A stretch of 24,375 bases of DNA, taken from positions 1-24,375 of the forward strand of contig JBDSJK010000419.1 in the NCBI GenBank assembly GCA_039917535.1. The letters are read 5' to 3'. Below are positions 7,074 to 18,024 of the stretch, piece by piece. The notes under the pieces are model-generated. The model had not been told where the DNA came from, made no database searches, and was given only the letters and a program-made list of their open reading frames with translations. Numbering within the stretch: the first letter of the stretch is position 1; each line of letters starts with the position of its first letter. Source of the stretch: Burkholderiales bacterium. Lineage in GTDB: Bacteria; Pseudomonadota; Gammaproteobacteria; Burkholderiales; JALYOK01. The translations under genes and the position numbers were made by a program.

Positions 7074-8581
7074 AAATCGACTATTTAGAAAAAATCCTTA
7101 ATGCCAACGTTTACGACGTGGCCATTGAATCGCCGCTTGAGCCGGCGCCGTTGTTATCGCGCCGCCTGGGCAATCAGCTATTGCTGAAGCGCGAAGATTT
7201 GCAGCCGGTGTTTTCGTTCAAACTGCGCGGCGCTTACAACAAAATGTCCAAGCTTGCGCCGGCACTATTAAAGCGCGGTGTGATTGCCGCCTCGGCCGGC
7301 AATCATGCCCAAGGCGTGGCGCTTGCCGCGCAACGCATGAAAACCGCTGCCATCCTCGTCATGCCCGTGACTACGCCGCAAATCAAAGTCGCCGCTGTCA
7401 CGGGCCGAGGCGCACAGGTGATATTGCACGGCGAATCCTATAACGAAGCCTATGTTCACGCGGTGGCTTTGGGAAAAGAGCGCGGCCTGACGTTTGTGCA
7501 CCCCTACGATGATCCCGATGTGATTGCGGGACAGGGCACCATCGCCATGGAAATCTTGCGCCAGCACCGCGGGCCGTTGAGCGCCATCTTTGTTGCCGTC
7601 GGCGGCGGCGGTTTGATCGCCGGCATCGCGGCTTACATCAAGCGCCTGCGGCCGGAAATTCGCATCATCGGCGTCGAGCCGAAGGATTCCGACGCGATGA
7701 CGCAATCGCTCAAGCTCGGCCGCCGCGTTACGCTTCAGCACGTCGGCCTGTTTGCCGACGGTGTTGCCGTCAAGCAAGTCGGAAAAGAAACATTTCGTTT
7801 AGCGCGCGAATACGTGGATGACATGATCCTCGTCGACACGGACGAAATCTGCGCGGCCATGAAGGACATTTTTCAAGACACACGCTCCATCGTCGAGCCG
7901 TCCGGCGGGCTCGGCGTGGCTGGCGCAAAACGTTACGTCGAGAACACCGGCGCGCGTAATGAAACCTTTGCGACGATATTGTGTGGTGCGAACATGAATT
8001 TTGATCGTTTGCGCTTCGTCGCCGAGCGCGCCGAGTTGGGCGAACAGCGCGAGGCGATCTTTGCCGCGACCATCCCGGAAAAGCCCGGCAGCTTCAAACG
8101 ATTTTGCGAATTGATCGGCAAACGCAACGTCACGGAATTCAACTATCGCTATTCCGACGCAGCGGAAGCCCACGTGTTCGCGGGTATTGAAGTCGCCGGT
8201 CGAGGAGAAAAAGACAAAATCCTCGCGGCATTTCAACGCAACAAAATCCAAACTCTGGATTTGACCGACAACGAAATGGCCAAGCTCCACGTGCGTCACT
8301 TAGTCGGCGGCCGCGCGCCACAGGCCAAGCACGAACGGCTCTATCGCTTCGAATTTCCCGAACGGCCCGGCGCGCTGATGAAATTTTTGTCCAGCATGGG
8401 CGCGGGCTGGAACATCAGCTTGTTTCACTACCGCAACCACGGTGCCAACTACGGGCGTGTGTTGGTCGGCATCCAAGTTCCGCCGGGCGAGAACAAAGCC
8501 TTCCAGAATTTCCTCAGCAAACTGGGCTATGAATATTGGGACGAAAGCCTAAATCCGGCGTATCGGTTATTCTTGAGTTAA
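7070..8581 (+). CDS. ilvA: Threonine ammonia-lyase, biosynthetic
   Basis: LKREDLQPVFSFKLRGAYNK (PLP lysine), ASAGNHAQG, VGGGGL, GANMNF, and two C-terminal ACT-like domains (IPEKPGSF, FPERPGAL, SLFHYRNHGA). Start is placed at MKIDYLEKIL (503 aa). Confidence 0.97.
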   Translation: MKIDYLEKILNANVYDVAIESPLEPAPLLSRRLGNQLLLKREDLQPVFSFKLRGAYNKMSKLAPALLKRGVIAASAGNHAQGVALAAQRMKTAAILVMPVTTPQIKVAAVTGRGAQVILHGESYNEAYVHAVALGKERGLTFVHPYDDPDVIAGQGTIAMEILRQHRGPLSAIFVAVGGGGLIAGIAAYIKRLRPEIRIIGVEPKDSDAMTQSLKLGRRVTLQHVGLFADGVAVKQVGKETFRLAREYVDDMILVDTDEICAAMKDIFQDTRSIVEPSGGLGVAGAKRYVENTGARNETFATILCGANMNFDRLRFVAERAELGEQREAIFAATIPEKPGSFKRFCELIGKRNVTEFNYRYSDAAEAHVFAGIEVAGRGEKDKILAAFQRNKIQTLDLTDNEMAKLHVRHLVGGRAPQAKHERLYRFEFPERPGALMKFLSSMGAGWNISLFHYRNHGANYGRVLVGIQVPPGENKAFQNFLSKLGYEYWDESLNPAYRLFLS

Positions 8582-8593
8582 AACAAGATTCCC

Positions 8594-8662
8594 TGAGAGC
8601 CAATATCCATGCGGCTCTCAAGGCATGCATTGCCACGAGGCGCTCTGCATTTGCCTCGTGGC
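8594..8662. repeat. Twin-hairpin element, copy A
   Basis: TGAGAGCC-N11-GGCTCTCA, an 11-nt linker, then GCCACGAGGC-N11-GCCTCGTGGC; ungapped 48/68 identity to 14810-14877. Confidence 0.75.
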
Positions 8663-9601
8663 TTAGCCTTTACCCATGTCCTTTAGTTTTTGACGCCATT
8701 CCGTGTGCTGGGTCACGAGTCGTTGATAAAGCCCAAGCCGGTTCGTGCTGATCAGTCGATCAGCAGCGGCTTGGCTCACCGCGCAGCCCGGCTCTTTTAG
8801 GTGACGGCAATTGTTGAAACGGCATTGACCGTGAAAAGCACGCAGTTCCGGGAAAGCGTGCAGTAGTTCGTGATCGTCGAGGTGAAACAGACCAAATTCC
8901 TGCAGCCCCGGCGAATCTACAAGGTCGGTTGTGTCATCCAAGTGATAGAGCTTCGCGCTGGTGGTCGTGTGCCTGCCCGAATCCAGCGATTCAGAAAATT
9001 CATTGGTTTTTGCCAGGGCACCAGGCACCAGCGTGTTTAGAATCGTCGATTTGCCCATGCCCGATTGGCCCACCAGCACCGTGACCTCGCCATGCAAATA
9101 TGGCCGCAGCTCGGCAAGGCTGGCCTTGGCGGACAGCGTGAGCAATCCATAGCCCAGACCGGTCACCCACGCCAATTCTTCCCGCGCCCGCTCGGTCGGC
9201 GCGCCCAGGTCAGCCTTGTTCAGCACCACTACGACCTTCAACGCCGCGCCTTCCGCCGCGACCAGGCAACGGCTGAGTAAATCTTCGCTGTAAGTGGGCA
9301 CGGCGGCAAGTACGAACACGACCTGTGTGACGTTCGCGGCGAGGACTTTCTGACGATTCATATCGCTGCGGTAAAGCAATGTTTTCCGTTGCGCCACGGC
9401 TTCAATCACGCCTTGGTCAAGCGAGGTTGGGTTGAACGTGACGCGATCGCCGCAGGCCACATCCCGGTTGCGGTCCCGCGTGCCGCACTCAAACAACGCG
9501 CCGTCATCGGCCTCAACCGTGACGCGCCGCCCGTAGGCCGCGACGATGCGCCCCTGGCGCGGCAGAGAAACAGCGACGATTCGCTTGGCTACGCGACTCA
9601 A
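8663..9601 (-). CDS. rsgA: Ribosome small subunit-dependent GTPase A
   Basis: OB-fold start (VACGDRV), circularly permuted GTPase (NKAD ... GQSGMGKST ... GRHTTT ... DSPG), Zn finger CRFNNCRHLKEPGC. Confidence 0.96.
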   Translation of the reverse strand: MSRVAKRIVAVSLPRQGRIVAAYGRRVTVEADDGALFECGTRDRNRDVACGDRVTFNPTSLDQGVIEAVAQRKTLLYRSDMNRQKVLAANVTQVVFVLAAVPTYSEDLLSRCLVAAEGAALKVVVVLNKADLGAPTERAREELAWVTGLGYGLLTLSAKASLAELRPYLHGEVTVLVGQSGMGKSTILNTLVPGALAKTNEFSESLDSGRHTTTSAKLYHLDDTTDLVDSPGLQEFGLFHLDDHELLHAFPELRAFHGQCRFNNCRHLKEPGCAVSQAAADRLISTNRLGLYQRLVTQHTEWRQKLKDMGKG

Positions 9602-9651
9602 TGTTGGGACAACTTGTTCATTTAATGTTGGGCTTCATTCTTTGGCGCAAG

Positions 9652-10662
9652 CTACGCCCGCTCAGCCGCACGGGGCTTGGCTTTCCGGGCACTCTGTCCC
9701 GCGATCCCCTTCCCGCCTTGCTTCTGGCTTGGTATGCTCGCAGCGGCGCTTACGGGAACCTGCCCCAGCAAGGCTGGGCCTTCTTCCAACAGAAATTTCT
9801 TAAACGCGCTAGCCACGGGCGAGAGGCGTTTGCCATCGCGGTGGGTGATGTACCAGCGCCGCATGACGGGCAGGGTTTCTACGTTGAGCACCACGAGTCG
9901 TTTTGCTTCCAATTCGAGGCCGATGGTGTGTAACGACAACAGCGCGATGCCCATGTCGGCCATGACCGCTTGCTTGATGGTTTCGTTGCTGGCCATTTGG
10001 ATCACGCTGTTCGCTGTAAAGCGATGAGTTGCGAACAAGCGTTCCATCACGTTGCGCGTACCAGAGCCCGGTTCGCGGATCAAGAAAGTTTCCTTCGTTA
10101 ACTCGTGTAACGGTATCTGATGAGCCTGAGCGAGCGGGTGCTCGGGCGACGCAATGATGGCGAGGGGATGATAAGCAAAGGCTTCGGCTTGCGCATCCAT
10201 GCCCTCTGGCGGCTGACCCATAATGGCGAGGTCGATTTGATTATCGTTAAGTTGGCGTAACACTTCCTCGCGGTTGCTCACGCTTAGGTTCAACACGACT
10301 TCCTGATTACGCCGGCGAAATAACGCCAGTAGCTTAGGCGCGAAATATTTCGCCGTGCTGACTACGGCGATGTTAAGCCTGCCGCGATCTTCGCCTTTCA
10401 ACATTTCTAATGAATGCTTCGCTTCATCCACGCGCGCCATGATGTCGCGGCTGTGGCGTTGCAATTCTTCGCCCGCTTCGGTCAACGAGATTTTTTTTCC
10501 GACTTGTTCGGTGAGTGCGATGCCGACGTTTTGTTCCAGCTCGCGCATCTGCATGGAGACGGCGGGCTGGGTGAGGTGCAACTCTTCGGCGGCGCGCGAG
10601 AAACTTAGGTGTCGCGACACCGCTTCGAAGATTTGCAATTGGCGTAGAGTGAGATGGAGCAT
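9652..10662 (-). CDS. cbbR: LysR-type regulator of the cbb operon
   Basis: LTLRQLQIFEAV..HLSFSRAAEELHLTQPAVSMQ HTH; VVSTAKYFAP, NREEV, REPGSGTR, SNETIKQAVMA typical of CbbR; divergent from cbbL. Confidence 0.95.
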   Translation of the reverse strand: MLHLTLRQLQIFEAVSRHLSFSRAAEELHLTQPAVSMQMRELEQNVGIALTEQVGKKISLTEAGEELQRHSRDIMARVDEAKHSLEMLKGEDRGRLNIAVVSTAKYFAPKLLALFRRRNQEVVLNLSVSNREEVLRQLNDNQIDLAIMGQPPEGMDAQAEAFAYHPLAIIASPEHPLAQAHQIPLHELTKETFLIREPGSGTRNVMERLFATHRFTANSVIQMASNETIKQAVMADMGIALLSLHTIGLELEAKRLVVLNVETLPVMRRWYITHRDGKRLSPVASAFKKFLLEEGPALLGQVPVSAAASIPSQKQGGKGIAGQSARKAKPRAAERA

Positions 10663-10674
10663 GAGCGGATTATA

Positions 10675-10719
10675 TAAGAATCGCTTACTTTTAGAATCAA
10701 AATATATGAATATTACTTA
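10675..10719. promoter_or_regulatory. CbbR operator: three TNA-N7-TNA boxes
   Basis: TAAGAATCGCTTA (10675-10687), TCAAAATATATGA (10697-10709) and TGAATATTACTTA (10707-10719). Centres are 22 and 10 bp apart, and boxes 2 and 3 overlap by 3 nt, as described for CbbR operators. Confidence 0.85.
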
Positions 10720-10756
10720 TGAATAGATTTTGTCATCATTCGTTTCAACAAGTTAA

Positions 10757-12226
<1,470 letters not shown>

Positions 12227-12228
12227 AT

Positions 12229-12249
12229 GTAGGGTGCGCAATGCGCACC
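12229..12249 (+). repeat. GTAG-type REP-like palindrome
   Basis: GTAG followed by GGTGCGC-AAT-GCGCACC, 2 nt after the cbbL stop. Confidence 0.65.
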
Positions 12250-12257
12250 GTTATGAA

Positions 12258-12360
12258 CTCCTTCCCCTTCAAGGGGAAGGCCGGGATGGGGATGGGTTCT
12301 GCGGGCTCTAATGAACCAAACCCATCCCCACCCTTGCACCTCCCCTTGAAAGGGAGGGAA
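12258..12360. repeat. Inverted doublet of a ~41-nt REP-like unit (REPIN/MITE-like) between cbbL and cbbS
   Basis: Left unit CTCCTTCCCCTTCAAGGGGAAGGCCGGGATGGGGATGGGTT (12258-12298); reverse complement of the right unit (12319-12360) TTCCCTCCCTTTCAAGGGGAGGTGCAAGGGTGGGGATGGGTT; 20-nt spacer. Confidence 0.8.
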
Positions 12361-12376
12361 TAATTTGGAGAATTTT

Positions 12377-12793
12377 ATGCGCATCACTCAAGGAACATTT
12401 TCATTTTTACCTGATTTAACCGACGTTGAAATCAAGGCGCAAATTCAATACGCGCTGAACCAAGGCTGGGCGCTGTCCGTGGAATACACCGACGATCCGC
12501 ACCCGCGCAACACCTATTGGGAAATGTGGGGCAACCCGATGTTCGACATCAAAGACGCTGCAGGCATCCTGTTCGAAGTGAGCGCGTGCCGCAAGGCGAA
12601 TCCGAATCTTTACATCAAAGTAAATGCGTTCGATTCGAGCTTGGGTTACGAAACTGCGCGTCTGTCGTTCATCGTCAATCGCCCGAAAGACGAGCCGGGT
12701 TTCGGCGTGGTGCGCCAGGAAGCGCAGGGGCGCAATATTCGTTACACGATTCATAGTTACGCCACGGACAAGCCCGCCGGCCGTCGCTATTAA
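12377..12793 (+). CDS. cbbS: RuBisCO small subunit, red-type
   Basis: [38 protein letters not shown]-terminal beta-hairpin extension [13 protein letters not shown]; SD GGAG before ATG 12377. Confidence 0.98.
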   Translation: MRITQGTFSFLPDLTDVEIKAQIQYALNQGWALSVEYTDDPHPRNTYWEMWGNPMFDIKDAAGILFEVSACRKANPNLYIKVNAFDSSLGYETARLSFIVNRPKDEPGFGVVRQEAQGRNIRYTIHSYATDKPAGRRY

Positions 12794-12814
12794 ACGCGGA
12801 ATAAATTCGTTGAA

Positions 12815-13714
12815 ATGAACACGATCAGCCAGCCAATCGAGCCCGCAAGCGTTGATCTTGCGGCGGTGTTCAAGGACTCCAACGTCGCGGAAGTCTTGGA
12901 CAAGCTCAATCAAGAATTGGTCGGCTTGAAGCCGGTGAAGACACGCATCCGCGAGATTGCCGCACTCTTGCTAGTAGCCAGGGCCCGCGCCCAGCTTGGT
13001 TTGCAGGCCGGCGCCCCATCGCTGCATATGAGTTTTACCGGTAATCCGGGCACCGGCAAAACTACCGTCGCGATGCGCATGGCGGAAATTTTGCATCGCT
13101 TAGGTTACGTGCGAAAAGGTCATTTGATCGCCGTGACACGTGACGATTTGGTCGGGCAATACATCGGCCACACGGCCCCGAAGACCAAAGAAATTCTCAA
13201 GAAGGCCATGGGCGGCGTGTTGTTTATCGACGAAGCCTATTATCTTTATCGGCCCGAGAACGAGCGCGACTACGGCCAAGAAGCCATCGAGATTTTGTTG
13301 CAGGGGATGGAAAATCAGCGCGATGATTTAGTCGTGATTCTGGCGGGCTACAAGGATCGCATGGATACATTTTTTCGCAGTAATCCAGGGTTGTCCTCGC
13401 GCATCGCCCATCACATTGATTTTCCTGATTATCAGCCCAGCGAACTGATGTCCATTGCCGAGCTAATGCTGGAAAAAAGCGAATACCGTCTGAGCGACGC
13501 GGCAAAAGCTGCGTTAGTCACTTATACTGAAAAGCGCATGACGCAACCGCACTTCGCCAACGCGCGTTCGATCCGCAACGCGCTGGACCGCGCGCAACTG
13601 AGACAAGCCAATCGTCTGTTTGCCAAAATGGGCAGTCCGCTGACACAGGCGGACTTGATGACAATCGAGGCGGAAGATATTTTGGCGAGCCGCGTGTTCA
13701 GCCAAGGGAAATAA
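12815..13714 (+). CDS. cbbX: Red-type RuBisCO activase (AAA+)
   Basis: [19 protein letters not shown], Walker A GNPGTGKT, pore loop LVGQYIGHT, Walker [19 protein letters not shown]. Confidence 0.97.
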   Translation: MNTISQPIEPASVDLAAVFKDSNVAEVLDKLNQELVGLKPVKTRIREIAALLLVARARAQLGLQAGAPSLHMSFTGNPGTGKTTVAMRMAEILHRLGYVRKGHLIAVTRDDLVGQYIGHTAPKTKEILKKAMGGVLFIDEAYYLYRPENERDYGQEAIEILLQGMENQRDDLVVILAGYKDRMDTFFRSNPGLSSRIAHHIDFPDYQPSELMSIAELMLEKSEYRLSDAAKAALVTYTEKRMTQPHFANARSIRNALDRAQLRQANRLFAKMGSPLTQADLMTIEAEDILASRVFSQGK

Positions 13715-13739
13715 TAAGCACCATGAGGAGAGAATAATA

Positions 13740-14801
13740 ATGAACCGTGGCTTAAATTTCGCTAGATTTATGATCGAGCAAAAACATCGCATCCGCGGCG
13801 TCGACGATGCGTTGGCGTCGCTTGTCAATGACATGTCTCGCGCCTGCAAAAGCATCGCCATCGCGATCGGTAAGGGCGCGACGGCTGATTTTCTTGGCGA
13901 TAGCGATGCGGTCAATGTCCAAGGCGAGAAACAGAAGAAAATGGACGTGATTTCCAACCAAATCATGATCGATTTCGCCGAACGCTCAGGCAATCTCGCT
14001 GCATTGGTGTCGGAGGAAATGGACGACTTTCATCCCATCATTCACGACCAGCAGGTTGGCAAATATCTGCTGATATTCGATCCCCTCGACGGTTCATCCA
14101 ATATCGACGTTAACATTTCCGTCGGCACGATTTTCTCCGTGTTGCGTTGTCTCGAGGGGTGCGTCAACCCGACCGCGGCGGACTTCTTGCGTCCCGGCAC
14201 CGAGCAAATCTGTGCGGGCTACGCGGTGTATGGCCCCAGCACCATGCTGGTATTGACGCTTGGCGACGGCGTTCATGGCTTTACGCTCGATCGCGAATAC
14301 GGCGAGTTCACGCTCACCCATCCCGACATGCGCATACCCGAAACCACGCGCGAATTCGCCATCAACAGCTCAAACCAGCGCTTTTGGGAAGAGCCCGTGC
14401 GCCGCTACGTGAAAGAGTGTCTAGACGGCGAGTCGGGCCCGCGCGGAGAGAATTTCAACATGCGTTGGATCGCTTCAATGGTGGCGAAAGTGCATCGCAT
14501 ATTGAATCGCGGCGGCATCTTTATGTATCCGCGCGACACTAAAGATCCAAACAAGCCGGGACGATTACGCTTGCTGTATGAAGCAAATCCGATGGCGTTT
14601 ATTGTCGAGCAAGCGGGCGGCGTGGCCTCCACGGGTCGCGAACGTATTCTGGATATGGCGCCTAAGGCGTTACATCAGCGCGTGCCGGTTATACTGGGCT
14701 CGAAAAATGAAGTAGAGCGCGTGATAAGTTATCACCACGAAACGGCGCCGGAAGAATTCAAGTCGCCCCTGTTCAACGTGCGTAACTTGTTCGTTCAATG
14801 A
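13740..14801 (+). CDS. cbbF: Class I fructose-1,6-bisphosphatase (CbbF type, probably also SBPase)
   Basis: [51 protein letters not shown]; C-terminal [10 protein letters not shown] tail; position within the cbb operon. Confidence 0.95.
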   Translation: MNRGLNFARFMIEQKHRIRGVDDALASLVNDMSRACKSIAIAIGKGATADFLGDSDAVNVQGEKQKKMDVISNQIMIDFAERSGNLAALVSEEMDDFHPIIHDQQVGKYLLIFDPLDGSSNIDVNISVGTIFSVLRCLEGCVNPTAADFLRPGTEQICAGYAVYGPSTMLVLTLGDGVHGFTLDREYGEFTLTHPDMRIPETTREFAINSSNQRFWEEPVRRYVKECLDGESGPRGENFNMRWIASMVAKVHRILNRGGIFMYPRDTKDPNKPGRLRLLYEANPMAFIVEQAGGVASTGRERILDMAPKALHQRVPVILGSKNEVERVISYHHETAPEEFKSPLFNVRNLFVQ

Positions 14802-14808
14802 CCTGCCG

Positions 14809-14877
14809 GGAGAGCCAGCACTAGGGACGCTCTCCAGCCATGTACTTCCACGAGCCGCTCTGGATAAGGCTCTTGGC
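14809..14877. repeat. Twin-hairpin element, copy B
   Basis: GGAGAGC...GCTCTCC, then CCACGAGCC-N11-GGCTCTTGG (8/9 paired); homologous to 8595-8662. Confidence 0.7.
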
Positions 14878-14914
14878 AATGCCCGTTTTCAAAGCGAAAA
14901 TTTAGAGAAACGAC

Positions 14915-15790
14915 ATGTCCGTTAAACACCCCGTTATCGCCGTGACCGGTTCGTCCGGCGCCGGCACCACCTCCGTGAAAAACACCTTCACGCACATTTT
15001 CCGTCGCGAAGGTTTTAACGCCACGTTTATCGAGGGCGATAGCTTTCATCGCTACGACCGCGAAGCGATGAAGCAGGCCATCGCGCAGTCGGAAAAACAT
15101 GGCGAGCGCTCCATCAGCCACTTCGCACCGGAAGCGAATTTGCTCTCGAATCTGGAGCAATTGTTTAGCCAATACGGGACAACCGGCACGGGTAAGATAC
15201 GGCGCTATTTGCACGACGATGACGAAGCGGCGCCGTACCAACAAAAACCCGGTACTTTTACCGCCTGGGAAGATATTCCAGCCGGCACGGAAGCGTTGTT
15301 CTACGAGGGCTTGCACGGCGGCGTGGTCGACGGCGACATCGACGTTTCCCGTCACGTAGATTTGTTGATCGGCGTGGTGCCCATCGTCAATCTTGAATGG
15401 ATCCAAAAAATCCATCGCGACACGAAAATGCGCGGTTATTCAGTCGAAGCCGTCACCCAAACCATCCTGCGGCGCATGCACGATTATGTGCACTATGTCG
15501 TGCCGCAGTTTGGCCGCACTCATATCAATTTCCAGCGTGTGCCGACGGTGGACACCAGCAATCCCTTCATCGCCCGCGACATCCCGACGGCGGACGAAAG
15601 CTTCGTGGTGATTCGCTTTCGCAATCCCAAGGGCATCGATTTTCCGTATTTGTTGTCGATGATTCACGATTCCTTCATGTCGCGCGCCAACTGCATTGTC
15701 GTGCCCGGCGGCAAGCAGGAATTGGCGATGCAGTTGATACTCACGCCCATGATTTTGAAGTTGATGGAGCAGCGTAAGCGCACCCTCTAG
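14915..15790 (+). CDS. cbbP: Phosphoribulokinase (proteobacterial type)
   Basis: MSVKHPVIAVTGSSGAGTT, IEGDSFHRYDR, LFYEGLHGG, DLLIGVVPIVNLEWIQK, NFQRVPTVDTSNPF. Confidence 0.97.
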   Translation: MSVKHPVIAVTGSSGAGTTSVKNTFTHIFRREGFNATFIEGDSFHRYDREAMKQAIAQSEKHGERSISHFAPEANLLSNLEQLFSQYGTTGTGKIRRYLHDDDEAAPYQQKPGTFTAWEDIPAGTEALFYEGLHGGVVDGDIDVSRHVDLLIGVVPIVNLEWIQKIHRDTKMRGYSVEAVTQTILRRMHDYVHYVVPQFGRTHINFQRVPTVDTSNPFIARDIPTADESFVVIRFRNPKGIDFPYLLSMIHDSFMSRANCIVVPGGKQELAMQLILTPMILKLMEQRKRTL

Positions 15791-15814
15791 CTCGCCCACC
15801 GAGCGCAACACTTA

Positions 15815-15904
15815 TCATTCTGAGGAGTGTAGCGACGAAGAATCTGTTTTTGCATTCGGTCGATTTAACTAGAAAAGCAGATTCTTCGCTTCACTCAGAA
15901 TGAC
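15815..15904. repeat. REP/MITE-like long inverted repeat of the (G)TCATTCTGAG...CGAAGAATC type
   Basis: TCATTCTGAG (15815-15824) pairs with CTCAGAATGA (15894-15903); CGAAGAATCTG (15836-15846) pairs with CAGATTCTTCG (15878-15888). Confidence 0.8.
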
Positions 15905-15989
15905 GCGGGAAAGTTTTTCGGTGACTTGCTGAGACAATCCCTCGCCACACACCCGCAAATAGCACGATTGTCGTGTTTAGGAGATAATT

Positions 15990-18011
15990 ATGAATTCCCC
16001 CACTGAGAGCGCCGTGCCACAAATCAACCGGCAACAGTTGTCCAACGCGATTCGCGCCCTGGCTATGGACGCCGTCGAAAAAGCCAAATCCGGCCATCCC
16101 GGCATGCCCATGGGCATGGCGGATATCGCGGAAGCGCTGTGGCGCCATCATCTCAAACACAATCCGAGCAATCCGAAGTGGGCCAACCGCGATCGTTTTG
16201 TGGTGTCCAACGGCCATGGATCGATGCTGCTTTATGCGCTGCTGCATCTCACGGGTTACGATCTCCCTATCGAAGAAATAAAAAATTTCCGCCAACTGCA
16301 TTCCAAAACACCCGGCCACCCCGAATACGGCATGACGCCTGGCGTAGAAACCACCACGGGCCCGCTCGGACAAGGCATCAGCAACGCGGTCGGCATGGCC
16401 ATTGCGGAAAAATTGCTGGCGGCAGAATTCAATCGCCCCGGCCACGCCATCGTCGATCATCGTACTTATGTTTTTTTGGGTGACGGCTGTTTGATGGAAG
16501 GCATTTCCCACGAAGGCTGCTCGCTTGCGGGCACGCTCGGTCTGGGCAAGCTGATCGCGTTTTATGACGACAACGGCATCTCCATCGACGGCGAAGTGAA
16601 GGGCTGGTTCACAGACGACACGCCGAAGCGCTTCGAAGCCTACGGCTGGCACGTGATCCCCCATGTCGACGGCCATAATTTTGACGCCCTCGACGCAGCG
16701 ATCAAAGCCGCGCAAGCCGTCACCGACAAGCCGACGATGATCTGCTGCAAAACCATCATCGGTAAAGGCGCGCCGACCAAGCAAGGCACGGACGCGACCC
16801 ACGGCGCGCCGCTGGGCGAAAAAGAAATCGCGGCGACCCGCGCTGCGCTAGGCTGGAACTATCCGCCGTTTGAAATTCCCGCAGACGTTCGCTCAGCATG
16901 GGATGGCCGCGAACAGGGCGCCACGCTGGAAGCCGCATGGAATAAGGCGTTTGAAGCATATCGTTCCGCAGAGCCAGAACTGGCGGGGGCCTTCGAGGCA
17001 CGCATTGCTAGATCCTTACCGGAGAACTGGGACAAGATCACCACGGCGCTGATCTCGACGATGAACGAAAAAGGCGACACCATCGCCACGCGCAAAGCCT
17101 CGCAGCAGGCCATCGAAGCGCTCGCGCCGCACTTACCCAGCTTTATCGGAGGCTCGGCGGATTTGACCGGCAGCGTATTCACCAACTGGTCTGGCTCGAA
17201 AGCGATTTCCAAATCCAACGGTGGCAATTACATCAACTTCGGTGTGCGCGAATTCGCCATGGCCGCCATTACCAACGGCATGGCGTTACACGGCGGCTTT
17301 ATTCCCTACACCGGCACGTTCCTCACCTTCGCCGACTATTCGCGCAATGCCTTGCGCATGGCGGCGTTGATGAAGATTCGCAACATCTTTGTGTTCACTC
17401 ACGATTCCATCGGCCTCGGCGAAGATGGCCCGACGCATCAATCGGTCGAGCATATTGCGAGCCTGCGCCTCATTCCTGGACTTGACCTCTGGCGTCCCTG
17501 CGACACGGTGGAAACCGCCATGGCCTGGTGTGCGGCAATTGAGCGCACCGACGCACCCACCACGCTGATTTTTTCGCGGCAAAATTTGCCCTATCAGCCC
17601 CGTGACCCGTCGGCCATTTCCTGCGTTGACCGTGGCGGTTATATTCTGTCGGAAGCGAAAAATCGCCAGCCGGCTGCGCTGCTCATCGCCACGGGTTCTG
17701 AAGTTCAACTGGCCATAGGTGCGCAGAAATCTCTGGCTGAGCAGGGAATTTTCGTTCGAGTCGTGTCCATGCCCTGCACGCAGGTGTTTGATCGGCAAGA
17801 TGTAGACTATAAAGAATTTGTTCTGCCGCCCGGCGTTAAACGCGTAGCGATTGAAGCGGGCGTCACGGATTATTGGCGCAAATACGTCGGCTTGGAAGGC
17901 GCGGTGGTCGGCATCGACCGCTTCGGCGAATCCGCTCCGGCGTCTGATCTCTTCAAGTTTTTTGGCTTTACCGTCGACAACGTGGCCGCAACGGCGAAAA
18001 CGATTTTGTAA
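15990..18011 (+). CDS. tkt: Transketolase
   Basis: [35 protein letters not shown] motif GDGCLMEG...[30 protein letters not shown]. Confidence 0.98.
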   Translation: MNSPTESAVPQINRQQLSNAIRALAMDAVEKAKSGHPGMPMGMADIAEALWRHHLKHNPSNPKWANRDRFVVSNGHGSMLLYALLHLTGYDLPIEEIKNFRQLHSKTPGHPEYGMTPGVETTTGPLGQGISNAVGMAIAEKLLAAEFNRPGHAIVDHRTYVFLGDGCLMEGISHEGCSLAGTLGLGKLIAFYDDNGISIDGEVKGWFTDDTPKRFEAYGWHVIPHVDGHNFDALDAAIKAAQAVTDKPTMICCKTIIGKGAPTKQGTDATHGAPLGEKEIAATRAALGWNYPPFEIPADVRSAWDGREQGATLEAAWNKAFEAYRSAEPELAGAFEARIARSLPENWDKITTALISTMNEKGDTIATRKASQQAIEALAPHLPSFIGGSADLTGSVFTNWSGSKAISKSNGGNYINFGVREFAMAAITNGMALHGGFIPYTGTFLTFADYSRNALRMAALMKIRNIFVFTHDSIGLGEDGPTHQSVEHIASLRLIPGLDLWRPCDTVETAMAWCAAIERTDAPTTLIFSRQNLPYQPRDPSAISCVDRGGYILSEAKNRQPAALLIATGSEVQLAIGAQKSLAEQGIFVRVVSMPCTQVFDRQDVDYKEFVLPPGVKRVAIEAGVTDYWRKYVGLEGAVVGIDRFGESAPASDLFKFFGFTVDNVAATAKTIL

Positions 18012-18024
18012 TTCGGAGAATTCA

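Noticed and set aside
17851-18024. 58-residue N-terminal extension of GAPDH
   Set aside because: It overlaps the tkt 3' end; the real start with SD GGAG is ATG 18025.
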